From NCBI GenBank assembly GCA_041665545.1, contig JBAYIQ010000001.1:222448-286447 (forward strand): 64,000 nt of DNA, in the 5' to 3' direction. Source of the DNA: Patescibacteria group bacterium (GTDB lineage Bacteria; Patescibacteriota; Patescibacteriia; UBA1558; GWA2-36-10). This document shows, in pieces, positions 55,229-64,000 of this stretch (positions within the stretch are counted from its first letter, which is position 1; every line of letters starts with the position of its first letter). Made by a program: the position numbers and the translations under genes. Under the pieces are notes generated by a model. The model was not told the DNA's origin, did no database searches, and saw only the letters and a program-made list of their open reading frames with translations.

Positions 55229-56977
55229 ATGAAAAACTTAGAAGAAATTCGACACTCGCTGTCGCACATCATGGCTATGGCTGTTCTCAAAAAGTTTCCT
55301 GATGCCAAGCTTGGTATTGGACCAACCATTGACAATGGCTTTTATTATGATTTTTTGCTGAGCGAAAAATTATCTGACACTGATTTACCAGAAATAGAAA
55401 AAACCATGCAAGAGCTGATCAAGCAAAACATTGAATTCAAAAAAACTATTGTTACTCGCGAAGAAGCTTTACAGAAAGTAAAAACTCTAAAACAAAATTT
55501 CAAAGAAGAGTTGATAAATGATTTACCAAAAGAAGAAGACATTATTTTTTATCAATCCGGTAATTTTGAAGATCTGTGCGCTGGACCACATATCAAAAAT
55601 TCCAAAGAAATTCCCCTTGATGGCTTCAAGCTCACACACTTGGCTGGCGCTTATTGGCGCGGTGATGAAAAAAATCCCATGATGACCAGAATTTATGGTT
55701 TGGCTTTTACTAATAGAAAAGATCTGGCCGTGCATTTAAATATGCTGGAACAAGCCAAGCTTCGCGATCACAGGAAACTAGGAAAAGAACTTGACTTATT
55801 TGTCTTTTCTGAAATTGTTGGACGTGGCTTACCCCTATTCACTCCCAAGGGCACTGCCATCTGGCAAGAAATGGAAAGATTGGTAATTGAAGAAGAAAAT
55901 AAACGTGGATACTCACGCACCCACACTCCGGATTTGGCTAAAGTTGATCTCTATAAATTATCCGGTCATTGGGATCACTATCAAGACTCTATGTATCCGG
56001 CAATTGATGTTGATGGTGAAGAATATGTTTTGCGACCCATGACTTGCCCGCATCAATTCATGATCTACAAAGCCAAGCCGCGCAGTTACCGTGAATTGCC
56101 CTTGCGATACGCGGAAATTGCCAAACTTTATCGCAAAGAACAATCTGGCGAACTGGCCGGCTTAATGCGCGTCATGTCTTTTTCCTTGGCTGACGCACAT
56201 ATCATCTGTCGACCAGACCAACTAGAGATAGAATTTGAAGCAGTAGTTGAGCTTGTTCAGAGTATTATGAAAACTCTGGGTATTAACAATTATTCTTATC
56301 GTTTTTCTAAATGGGATCCGCAAAATAAAGAAAAATATATTGATAATCCAACGGCTTGGCACGATTCACAAAGCTCCATGAAAAAAATATTGGATAAAAT
56401 GAAGCTTAAATATACAGAAGGTGATGGCGAAGCAGCTTTTTATGGCCCAAAGCTTGATGTTCAAATGCGTAATGTCAACGGCAAAGAAGACACCGCCTTT
56501 ACTGTACAAATTGACTTTGCTTTGCCGGAAAAATTTGACATGACTTATATTGATGTAGACGGCCAAGAGAAAAGACCAATGGTAATTCATCGCTCCTCTA
56601 TCGGCTGTATGGAACGCACCATGGCCTTCTTGATAGAACAATATGCTGGCAATTTCCCGGTCTGGCTATCACCAGTACAAATAAAAATACTAACCGTCGC
56701 CTCTACCCATACTGACTTTGCCAAAAAACTGCAAACCGAATTTTTAGCCGAAGGCATCCGTGTCGAGCTTGACGACTTGGACGAAACAGTCGGCAACAAA
56801 ATCCGCAAAGCGTCTCATGAAAAAGTCCCTTACACATTGGTGATTGGTGACAAAGAAATGGGATCAGACAATTTAGCGGTCCGTGTGCGCGGACAAAAAG
56901 ATTTGCTCAACATCGACAAACAAAAATTCATCGACAAAATAAAAACCCAAATTAAGAATCGTGACCTAAGCTTATAA
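55229..56977 (+). CDS. thrS: Threonine-tRNA ligase (no TGS domain)
   Basis: RHSLSH, DLCAGPH, GAYWRG, RDHRKLG, PMTCP, AFYGPKLD. Confidence 0.97.
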   Translation: MKNLEEIRHSLSHIMAMAVLKKFPDAKLGIGPTIDNGFYYDFLLSEKLSDTDLPEIEKTMQELIKQNIEFKKTIVTREEALQKVKTLKQNFKEELINDLPKEEDIIFYQSGNFEDLCAGPHIKNSKEIPLDGFKLTHLAGAYWRGDEKNPMMTRIYGLAFTNRKDLAVHLNMLEQAKLRDHRKLGKELDLFVFSEIVGRGLPLFTPKGTAIWQEMERLVIEEENKRGYSRTHTPDLAKVDLYKLSGHWDHYQDSMYPAIDVDGEEYVLRPMTCPHQFMIYKAKPRSYRELPLRYAEIAKLYRKEQSGELAGLMRVMSFSLADAHIICRPDQLEIEFEAVVELVQSIMKTLGINNYSYRFSKWDPQNKEKYIDNPTAWHDSQSSMKKILDKMKLKYTEGDGEAAFYGPKLDVQMRNVNGKEDTAFTVQIDFALPEKFDMTYIDVDGQEKRPMVIHRSSIGCMERTMAFLIEQYAGNFPVWLSPVQIKILTVASTHTDFAKKLQTEFLAEGIRVELDDLDETVGNKIRKASHEKVPYTLVIGDKEMGSDNLAVRVRGQKDLLNIDKQKFIDKIKTQIKNRDLSL

Positions 56978-56986
56978 AGAAAAAAT

Positions 56987-58405
56987 ATGGAAATCAAAAC
57001 AGCGCTTACCTACGATGATGTTTTATTGGTGCCAAAAAAATCTGATGTCCAGTCCCGCCAGGATGTTGACATTACTGCCAACTTAACTAAAAACATCTCT
57101 TTAAAAATACCCTTGGTTAGTTCTAATATGGATACTGTGACCGAAAGCCGCATGGCCATTGCTATGTCCTTGGCTGGCGGTATTGGCATTATTCATCGTT
57201 TTTGTGATATAGAGACACAAGCCAAGGAAGTAATCAAGGTCAAAAGAAAACAAAATATTATTATTGATAACCCCTTTACTATCCACCCCGACTGCACTCT
57301 AGCCGAAGCCAAAACTAAAATTGCCGAATTAAACTGCACTAGCTTTTTGGTAACGGCTGATGGCCATAAATTATTAGGCATTATCACGCACCGCGACATA
57401 CTATTTGCCACCAATGACAATGTTTTGGTGTCTGACTTAATGACTCCCAAAAGTAAATTGATTACCGCTGCTCCAGATGTCAGTCCCGAGGAAGCCAAAA
57501 CTCTGATGAAGAGCTACAAAATTGAAAAATTACCCTTAGTTGACGCCGAGTTTAACATCATGGGTTTGATAACTGCCACTGACATCAGTCGCAATCTCAA
57601 CAACAAGCAAGCCAGTAAAGACAACAAGGGTCGATTACTAGTCGGAGCAGCCATTGGTGTTCGAGAAGGATTTTTGGAAAGAGTCCAAGCTTTGGTTGAC
57701 GCTGAAGCTGATGTTTTGGTGGTTGATATTGCTCATGGACACTCAATTAATGAATTAAGGGCCATCGAAGCCATTCGAAATAAATATCCGAATATTAATT
57801 TAATAGGTGGCAATATTGCTACAGCGAGTGCTGCCCGTGATTTGATTAGCGCTGGCGTACAAGCTGTCAAAGTTGGCATTGGACCGGGTTCAATCTGTAC
57901 CACTAGAATCACCACTGGTTTTGGCGTACCACAATTGACAGCCATTTTCAATATTGCACCAGTTTGCCGACAACAAAATATACCTTTGTTGGCTGATGGT
58001 GGCATCAAACAGCCAGCTGACTTGGTAAAGGCCCTAGCCGCTGGTGCTGACACGGTCATGATTGGCGGACAATTTGCTGGCACCGAAGAAACACCGGGTC
58101 CGACCCTCAACTACAAAGGCCGTCAATACAAAATATCTCGCGGCATGGCTTCACTTACGGCCTCTTTGTCTCGGCCTGATGCCAAAGAAAATTTCAACCA
58201 AATCACTCCTGAAGGCATTGAAGCACGCGTACCCTATCGTGGCCCAGTCCAAAATATTATCAATACCTATATTGGTGGCTTAAGAAGTGGCATGAGCTAT
58301 GGCAATGCCCGGAATCTAGAAGAGCTACGAAATAATGCTGAGTTTATACGTATCACCCACTCTGGCCAGATAGAATCTGGTTCACATGATAATGAAGTAA
58401 TTTGA
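56987..58405 (+). CDS. guaB: IMP dehydrogenase with CBS domains
   Basis: [34 protein letters not shown]. Confidence 0.95.
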   Translation: MEIKTALTYDDVLLVPKKSDVQSRQDVDITANLTKNISLKIPLVSSNMDTVTESRMAIAMSLAGGIGIIHRFCDIETQAKEVIKVKRKQNIIIDNPFTIHPDCTLAEAKTKIAELNCTSFLVTADGHKLLGIITHRDILFATNDNVLVSDLMTPKSKLITAAPDVSPEEAKTLMKSYKIEKLPLVDAEFNIMGLITATDISRNLNNKQASKDNKGRLLVGAAIGVREGFLERVQALVDAEADVLVVDIAHGHSINELRAIEAIRNKYPNINLIGGNIATASAARDLISAGVQAVKVGIGPGSICTTRITTGFGVPQLTAIFNIAPVCRQQNIPLLADGGIKQPADLVKALAAGADTVMIGGQFAGTEETPGPTLNYKGRQYKISRGMASLTASLSRPDAKENFNQITPEGIEARVPYRGPVQNIINTYIGGLRSGMSYGNARNLEELRNNAEFIRITHSGQIESGSHDNEVI

Positions 58406-59754
58406 TGCCAAAAAAAAGTAAAAAATTTCACCTTATAATCTTTGGTTGCCAGATGAACACTTCTGATGCCGAAAGGTTAATTACGGTTTTAAAAAAAATT
58501 GGCTATACGGAAACCAATGACGAAAAACAGGCCGACTTAGTTGGTGTGATTGCTTGCTCGGTCAGACAAGCAGCCGTTGATCGGATTTATGGAAAATTGA
58601 GAGAATGGCAAATCATTAAAGAAACTAGGCCACTAATCACCCTATTGTCCGGCTGTGTCTTGCCAACTGACCGCAAAAAACTAGCAGACAAGTTTGATTT
58701 ATTTATTGATATCAATCATTTAGATAATTTAACCAAAGATTTAAAAAATATTGCGCCCGAAAAAAAATTGGCCGTGCCTAATTTTTTTGATATTGCGCCT
58801 AGCTATATTTCTGACTACCGCGCTTATGTGCCGATCATGACCGGTTGTAATAAATTTTGCACTTATTGCGCTGTGCCCCACACTCGCGGTCGCGAAACTT
58901 CCCGACCGAGTGCTCAAATAATTGCTGAAGTCAAAAAATTACTAAAAAACGGCTACCAAGAAATTATTTTACTGGGACAAAATGTAAATAGTTATGGCTT
59001 GGATCGTAAAGCAGAAATAAAATTTCCCGAGTTGTTAAAAAAAATTGATAATTTAGGTAAAAATTTTTGGCTAAAATTTTTGACTAGCCATCCTTATGAC
59101 ATGTCCGATGATTTGATTCAAACAATGTCTCGAACCAAAAATTTAACACCTTATTTGCATTTGCCAGTGCAGTCTGGATCTGACGCGATTTTAAAAAAAA
59201 TGAATCGACATTATACTGTTAACCATTACAAAAAATTAATAAAAAAAATACGCGAGAGCCTTCCTGATATGGCAATTTCTACCGACATCATTGTCGGCTT
59301 TCCCACTGAGACTGAAGCACAATTTAAAGAAACTTTGAAATTAGTAAAGGAAATAAAATATAATACTGCTTACTTTGCGCAATACTCTACACGCTACGGC
59401 ACAACTGCCGCCAAACTATACAAAGATGATGTGCCAAAAACTACTAAGAAAAAACGCTGGCAGGAACTCAATAAACTTATTGGTCAACAATCGCTAGCTT
59501 TTAACAAAAAATTGGTCGGACAAGAAGGATTAGTCTTGGTTGACCAAAACAAAAAAATAGGCCAAAATTGGCTAAATTTAGGCAAACTGGCTAACTATAC
59601 AACAATCAAAATTTTAACTAAAAAACCGCTAAAAATTGGAAGTTTTGTCAAAGTAAAAATAAATAAAGCATTGAATTGGGGTGTGGAAGCTACCGAAGTA
59701 AAAAGTAGAAAGTTTCAGCCAGAGGCTGATCGCCCTCTGGGCGAAAAAGTATAA
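58405..59754 (+). CDS. miaB: tRNA-i6A37 methylthiotransferase
   Basis: GCQMN, CSVR, radical SAM motif GCNKFCTYC, GQNVNSY; adjacent to miaA. Confidence 0.95.
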   Translation: MPKKSKKFHLIIFGCQMNTSDAERLITVLKKIGYTETNDEKQADLVGVIACSVRQAAVDRIYGKLREWQIIKETRPLITLLSGCVLPTDRKKLADKFDLFIDINHLDNLTKDLKNIAPEKKLAVPNFFDIAPSYISDYRAYVPIMTGCNKFCTYCAVPHTRGRETSRPSAQIIAEVKKLLKNGYQEIILLGQNVNSYGLDRKAEIKFPELLKKIDNLGKNFWLKFLTSHPYDMSDDLIQTMSRTKNLTPYLHLPVQSGSDAILKKMNRHYTVNHYKKLIKKIRESLPDMAISTDIIVGFPTETEAQFKETLKLVKEIKYNTAYFAQYSTRYGTTAAKLYKDDVPKTTKKKRWQELNKLIGQQSLAFNKKLVGQEGLVLVDQNKKIGQNWLNLGKLANYTTIKILTKKPLKIGSFVKVKINKALNWGVEATEVKSRKFQPEADRPLGEKV

Positions 59755-59845
59755 AGTAATAACTATAATAAATCTTTCTACTTTGTACATTTTACTTTAT
59801 ACTATTAATATCAAAATTTAAAAAGCCAACTACAATTAATTTGCG

Positions 59846-60751
59846 ATGAAAAATATTAAAACAAAGATAGTGGTCATCCTCGGCCCGACTGCCTCTGGCA
59901 AGTCTGTTTTGGCTGTGGAGCTCGCCAAAAAATTTAATGGTGAAATAATTTCCGCAGACTCACGACAAATATATCAAGGTCTAGACATCGGCAGTAATAA
60001 AACCACTCTTGCCGAACAAGCTGGCGTTCCCCATTATTTATTAGATGTCGTAAAACCAAATCAAGATTATTCTTTGCATGATTGGCAACAGACCGCCTAT
60101 CAGACAATAGAAAAAATCAATGAAAAAAATAAACTACCAATTATTTGTGGCGGTACTGGACTATATCTCTCCTCTATTTTACAAAACTATCAAATCCCAG
60201 AAACTGATCTTGCTTTACGCAAAGAATTACAGCAATATACTTTGTCGCAATTGATCAAACAATTAGAAATTTCTGACCCGGAAATATTAGAAAACATTGA
60301 TATCAATAACAAAGTCCGAGTCTTGCGAGCCCTGGAATATGTTTTGGCTTTCAAAAAAAGTCTTAAAAGTGGACAAGTGTCTAACGCCTGCCCATTTGAC
60401 TATCTGATTTTTGGCATAAATCCCGATCGAAATGAGCTGTACAAAAAAATTGATCAGCGTGTAGACCAAATGATAAAAATTGGTTTGATAGATGAAGTAA
60501 AAAAAATATACACTCAATACTCAGATAAAGACATTCCAGCTCTAAGTGGCATTGGCTATAAAGAAATTATTCAGTATTTGGATGGCGAAATACCTTTAAA
60601 TGAAGCCACGGAACTCATCAAAAAAAATACCCATCATTATGCCAAACGCCAAATGACTTGGTTTAGACGCATGGAAAAGCAGGGTATAAAAATAAATTGG
60701 AATTTGCCTCTTGAGGATATTGAAAAAATGATCAAAAAATTTTTACCATAA
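59846..60751 (+). CDS. miaA: tRNA dimethylallyltransferase
   Basis: GPTASGKS, ISADSRQIY, GGTGLY, YAKRQMTWF. Confidence 0.97.
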   Translation: MKNIKTKIVVILGPTASGKSVLAVELAKKFNGEIISADSRQIYQGLDIGSNKTTLAEQAGVPHYLLDVVKPNQDYSLHDWQQTAYQTIEKINEKNKLPIICGGTGLYLSSILQNYQIPETDLALRKELQQYTLSQLIKQLEISDPEILENIDINNKVRVLRALEYVLAFKKSLKSGQVSNACPFDYLIFGINPDRNELYKKIDQRVDQMIKIGLIDEVKKIYTQYSDKDIPALSGIGYKEIIQYLDGEIPLNEATELIKKNTHHYAKRQMTWFRRMEKQGIKINWNLPLEDIEKMIKKFLP

Positions 60752-60781
60752 AAAAAACAACCCGACGGGTTGTTTTTTTTA
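60751..60781. terminator. Bidirectional intrinsic terminator
   Basis: A-run, CAACCCGACGGGTTG, T-run between convergent genes. Confidence 0.8.
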
Positions 60782-60797
60782 CTTCGCCATTATTCCT

Positions 60798-63700
60798 TTA
60801 AAAACTTATTTGATAACCACTGCTATTCACGTTGCCATTGGAATCAACTACATACAGATAAGCTGATTGACCAGCAATAAAGGAACCGCGATTGGCTGTG
60901 ATCTGAATCTGACCATCATTCCAAGTGGTGTGCGGAATTTGGATTTCACACTGAGTAGCTGAATCTTTATTTTGACTATTACAAATTTCTATTCTGGCTT
61001 GAGTATTATCAACATAAATATCATCATAATATACCTGGAAATTTGCTACACATCCCGATGGTAAATTGCCATAATTTTGACCCATCCTCAAATAACGCCA
61101 TCTTCCATCATCAGCATCATGGGTTATAAAAGAATTAACATAAGCCAAATAACCAGATCTACCTATCCTTTTAATCCAAGTCAAGCCATCCGCTGTGCTG
61201 GGCAAAGAACTCCTTTGATAATATTGCTCTATGCGTTGCCATTGATTAAAAGGAAAAGCATCGCCGGCTATACTAGTAGGATAACCCCCCATTGTTCCAC
61301 CATTATAATAGCACTGCACGCCATTGTTACCCCAATGGTCAGTACTCCACCAATGGTCTCCTATTATCTCTGCCGTTGTCGGTTCATCATTAGCACTATA
61401 ACCTGGGCTACTACTCACCCGCCAATTTTTCCACTGAAACGGATTACAGCTATCATTTTTTATTAATCTAACCCACGTTGTAACATAAAATTGATCGTAA
61501 CCGGCGCCACTATCAAACCTAATTTGTGACCATGATCCTTGTGAAAAATCAAACAATAAAGAATTTCCCCCACTATGTGCTCTTTCGTTACTATAAACTG
61601 AATTACTATTTGGAATTGTGGACAAAGCTCCTTGACCATCACCATCATCATTAACCCATCCAGAAGCACTAAAATCTTCTCCAACTATTCCATTCTCTAT
61701 ATTATAACCGAGATAAGATAACGGCTCAACTTGGTTCTTCGCTCCAAACCCACTACCCGATATAGTGTAAGATTGACCATCCACTAAAGTAGCAGAAGAA
61801 AGTCCACTAATACTCGGCCCACTACCTACTGGTGGCGCACTAGCAATAGCCGCTACAGCTTGGTTAGAGTTATTTGAAGTATTACCAGCCGCATCATAAG
61901 CACTGACTACATAGTAATAAGTAGTAGAATAGCTTAGGCCAGTATTAGTGTAAGAATTAGTATTAGAAGTAGCTAGGGGTTGATAACCACTACCATTAGT
62001 AGTAGATCTTAAAATACTATAACCCGTGGTAGCGATATTATCAGTCGAAGCTACCCAAGTAAGAGCCACTTGGGTACCGGAGACTGAAGCTTGAAGGTTG
62101 GTAGGGACAGAAGGATCTGTGGTATCAGAAGCTGAACAAGCATTACTTTGATAAACATTGGAACAACAATAACCAGAAGTATATGGGGTCGCGCCACACA
62201 GACAACGAGAAGTAATAGCTCCTTGGGAGCAAGTAGAACAGATTAGGTCTAAATTATTACAATCTTGATCAACGCCATCTGAACAAATTTCAATAGCTCC
62301 GGGATGCAATGTAGCATTAGCATCATTACAGTCATTACCACCACAACCATTACCAATATTGATATAACCATCTTGATCAAAGTCACAAGATACTGAACTA
62401 GAACTTGGTCTGAATACTTGCAAATTATCCAACCAATAAGGCCAAGGTCCTTGCAAATGAGCACCGCCACCAAAATAAGTAACTGGCTTATCAATGCGAT
62501 TAAATGTGCCGTCTATTGAGGCCGTTGTATATGGTACATCTGTAACCCGATAAACCCTCTGACCATCAAAATAAAATTCAAAAACACCATCACTATTCCA
62601 AGTACTGCCGGTTTGAGTATTGTGCTTGAAATACCAAACTATAGTATGAGTATTGCCATCAGCCATATTAGCTAAAACACTTGAAGAAAAATTTCTATTA
62701 TAACCCGTGCCACCCATACGATTATCAAAAAAATGCCAATTAGCCATATCAGTCGGCGAACCAGGATTTGACTCCACTACCCAAGACACTCCATCTAGTC
62801 CGAAGGCATAGAAAAATTTAGCACCGTCTATGCCACCTGGGCAAGTCTGCGAAGTACCGGGGCAACCATCACCTACTACACAACACCAGCGATTAGTATT
62901 ATTTATGCGCAAATCTGATTTAACATAAAATTCACCTCTAGACTCTACGCCTAAGGTTGTTAAATTTATGGGTAGGCGATGCATTCTTTTGTCAGTGCCG
63001 TTAGATAGGTCATCATAAAATTGACTATTCTGTAAAGTACACATTGGAGCTAAGCCAAAAGGAGCAGACATATAAGCGTCGGTCACCGTACCGGAAGAAA
63101 AATCTCTATTATAAACTGCTGACCAAGTTTGGCTGCAACTACTGGGATTCCATACATTACTGCAACAGTAGCCACTAGTATAAGTAGTACCACCACAAAA
63201 GCAACTAGAACTGATTACCCCATTACTGCAATTGGCGCCTATTATTGGACACAACAAATCAGCCCCGCTACAATCTTCATCTACATTATTACCACATATC
63301 TCAGTGGCCCCAGGATGTATAGAAGCACTAGAGTCATTACAATCATCTCCACCATTGGCTACTGCATTGTAGCCATCATTGTCATTATCATGGTCAGGTG
63401 GGGTTACAGTACAGACATTACCCTCGTCTACTTGGTTGTTACAGTTATTATCTACACTGTCACATATCTCAGTAGCATTGGGCCTGATACTAGCATTATT
63501 ATCATTACAATCACTACCACCATTGGCAGTAGCGTTGTAGCCATCATTGTCATTGTCATAGTCAGGCGCTGGTGGAGTAGTTCCACCGCCTCCACCACCA
63601 CCTCCAGGAGGTGTTGGGGTTGGAGTAACAGGTGGTGTAGTAGTAGGAGTACTTGGATTAGGAGTACTAATAGGTGGTGTAGTATCTACTGTAAAGGTCT

Positions 63701-64000
63701 TCTTAGAGATAGAGATAGTATCAAGGTTTTTGTTAGTAATACCTAAAGATAGGAATCTCATTATCTGGTAAGCAGCATCTCCATCTTGCATATAGTATCT
63801 TTTGCCGTCTTTAGGGTTTAGATACCACGCTTGACCTTGTTTTTCTACTTGTAAGAGTATGTATCCTTTGAGTCTATTTACTAAGGTAGTATTGTAGGTA
63901 AGTTTAGAGGCTCCCAAGGGGTTATAGTTGTTCTTTAGCTCTTCACCATCTGAGAAGGAGTCATTATCTGTATCTGCTTTATTAGGATCTGTACCTAATC
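60798..64000 (-). CDS. Large multidomain cell-surface protein, 5' end outside window (TSP3-like repeat, Pro/Thr linker, three MopE-like Cys repeats, FN3, two lectin/polysaccharide-lyase-like beta domains)
   Basis: Frame stays open upstream of 63917 (LGTDPNKADTDNDSFSDGEEL); DCNDxxxxIxPxAxEIC three times; FN3 motif W..STDN..GY..YYYVVSAYDAAGN. Confidence 0.85.
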   Translation of the reverse strand, partial: LGTDPNKADTDNDSFSDGEELKNNYNPLGASKLTYNTTLVNRLKGYILLQVEKQGQAWYLNPKDGKRYYMQDGDAAYQIMRFLSLGITNKNLDTISISKKTFTVDTTPPISTPNPSTPTTTPPVTPTPTPPGGGGGGGGTTPPAPDYDNDNDGYNATANGGSDCNDNNASIRPNATEICDSVDNNCNNQVDEGNVCTVTPPDHDNDNDGYNAVANGGDDCNDSSASIHPGATEICGNNVDEDCSGADLLCPIIGANCSNGVISSSCFCGGTTYTSGYCCSNVWNPSSCSQTWSAVYNRDFSSGTVTDAYMSAPFGLAPMCTLQNSQFYDDLSNGTDKRMHRLPINLTTLGVESRGEFYVKSDLRINNTNRWCCVVGDGCPGTSQTCPGGIDGAKFFYAFGLDGVSWVVESNPGSPTDMANWHFFDNRMGGTGYNRNFSSSVLANMADGNTHTIVWYFKHNTQTGSTWNSDGVFEFYFDGQRVYRVTDVPYTTASIDGTFNRIDKPVTYFGGGAHLQGPWPYWLDNLQVFRPSSSSVSCDFDQDGYINIGNGCGGNDCNDANATLHPGAIEICSDGVDQDCNNLDLICSTCSQGAITSRCLCGATPYTSGYCCSNVYQSNACSASDTTDPSVPTNLQASVSGTQVALTWVASTDNIATTGYSILRSTTNGSGYQPLATSNTNSYTNTGLSYSTTYYYVVSAYDAAGNTSNNSNQAVAAIASAPPVGSGPSISGLSSATLVDGQSYTISGSGFGAKNQVEPLSYLGYNIENGIVGEDFSASGWVNDDGDGQGALSTIPNSNSVYSNERAHSGGNSLLFDFSQGSWSQIRFDSGAGYDQFYVTTWVRLIKNDSCNPFQWKNWRVSSSPGYSANDEPTTAEIIGDHWWSTDHWGNNGVQCYYNGGTMGGYPTSIAGDAFPFNQWQRIEQYYQRSSLPSTADGLTWIKRIGRSGYLAYVNSFITHDADDGRWRYLRMGQNYGNLPSGCVANFQVYYDDIYVDNTQARIEICNSQNKDSATQCEIQIPHTTWNDGQIQITANRGSFIAGQSAYLYVVDSNGNVNSSGYQISF

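Noticed and set aside
49108-58283. Many 60-130 aa antisense or alternate-frame ORFs within dnaE, thrS, guaB and other long genes
   Set aside because: Fully overlap confidently identified genes; typical shadow ORFs.
63129-63746. 205-aa Thr/Ile-rich plus-strand ORF
   Set aside because: Antisense shadow of the repetitive surface-protein gene.
1-64000. CRISPR array, cas genes, rRNA, intact transposase, integrase or reverse transcriptase
   Set aside because: None seen; the repeats are dispersed palindromes, not regularly spaced direct repeats.
1-64000. Alternative genetic code (UGA as Gly or Trp)
   Set aside because: Conserved genes are full length in code 11, and several, such as metG and guaB, end at TGA where expected.

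Overview
AT-rich chromosomal window, standard genetic code, whose gene content (rpsB/tsf, rpmE-prfA-prmC, rplY, rodA, dnaE, thrS-guaB-miaB-miaA, DUF3048, mostly Shine-Dalgarno-less starts) suggests a Patescibacteria/CPR (Parcubacteria-like) genome; the taxon is an inference. Left to right: (1) a giant Sec-type Rhs/YD protein running off the left edge, plus a shell-less mini-Rhs carrying a CHAP domain; (2) a NUDIX/CYTH/ABC-F block; (3) a ~19 kb minus-strand region, the best candidate for a new system. It holds a condensation-less NRPS mini-cluster (A-PCP, Cys-type TE, glutaminase, PPTase) behind an IS30 scar, a 7TM-GAF histidine kinase whose sensor half lies in an AT-rich cassette with an acyl-ACP-reductase-like gene and nadE, an acyl-CoA ligase, a hydrolase, a putative RHH regulator, a degenerate asparaginase and four tandem kinase-less 7TM receptor genes. 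Two promoters in it share a tandem GACGGC motif; (4) a small RNA islet with a novel structured RNA and a tRNA with a Gly-like body but a GCT anticodon; (5) housekeeping genes interrupted by GC-rich single-gene islets (one resembling a DGR target), REP/MITE-like palindromes and an atypical T-box; (6) a large surface protein running off the right edge. All calls were made by eye from motifs; no database searches were run.
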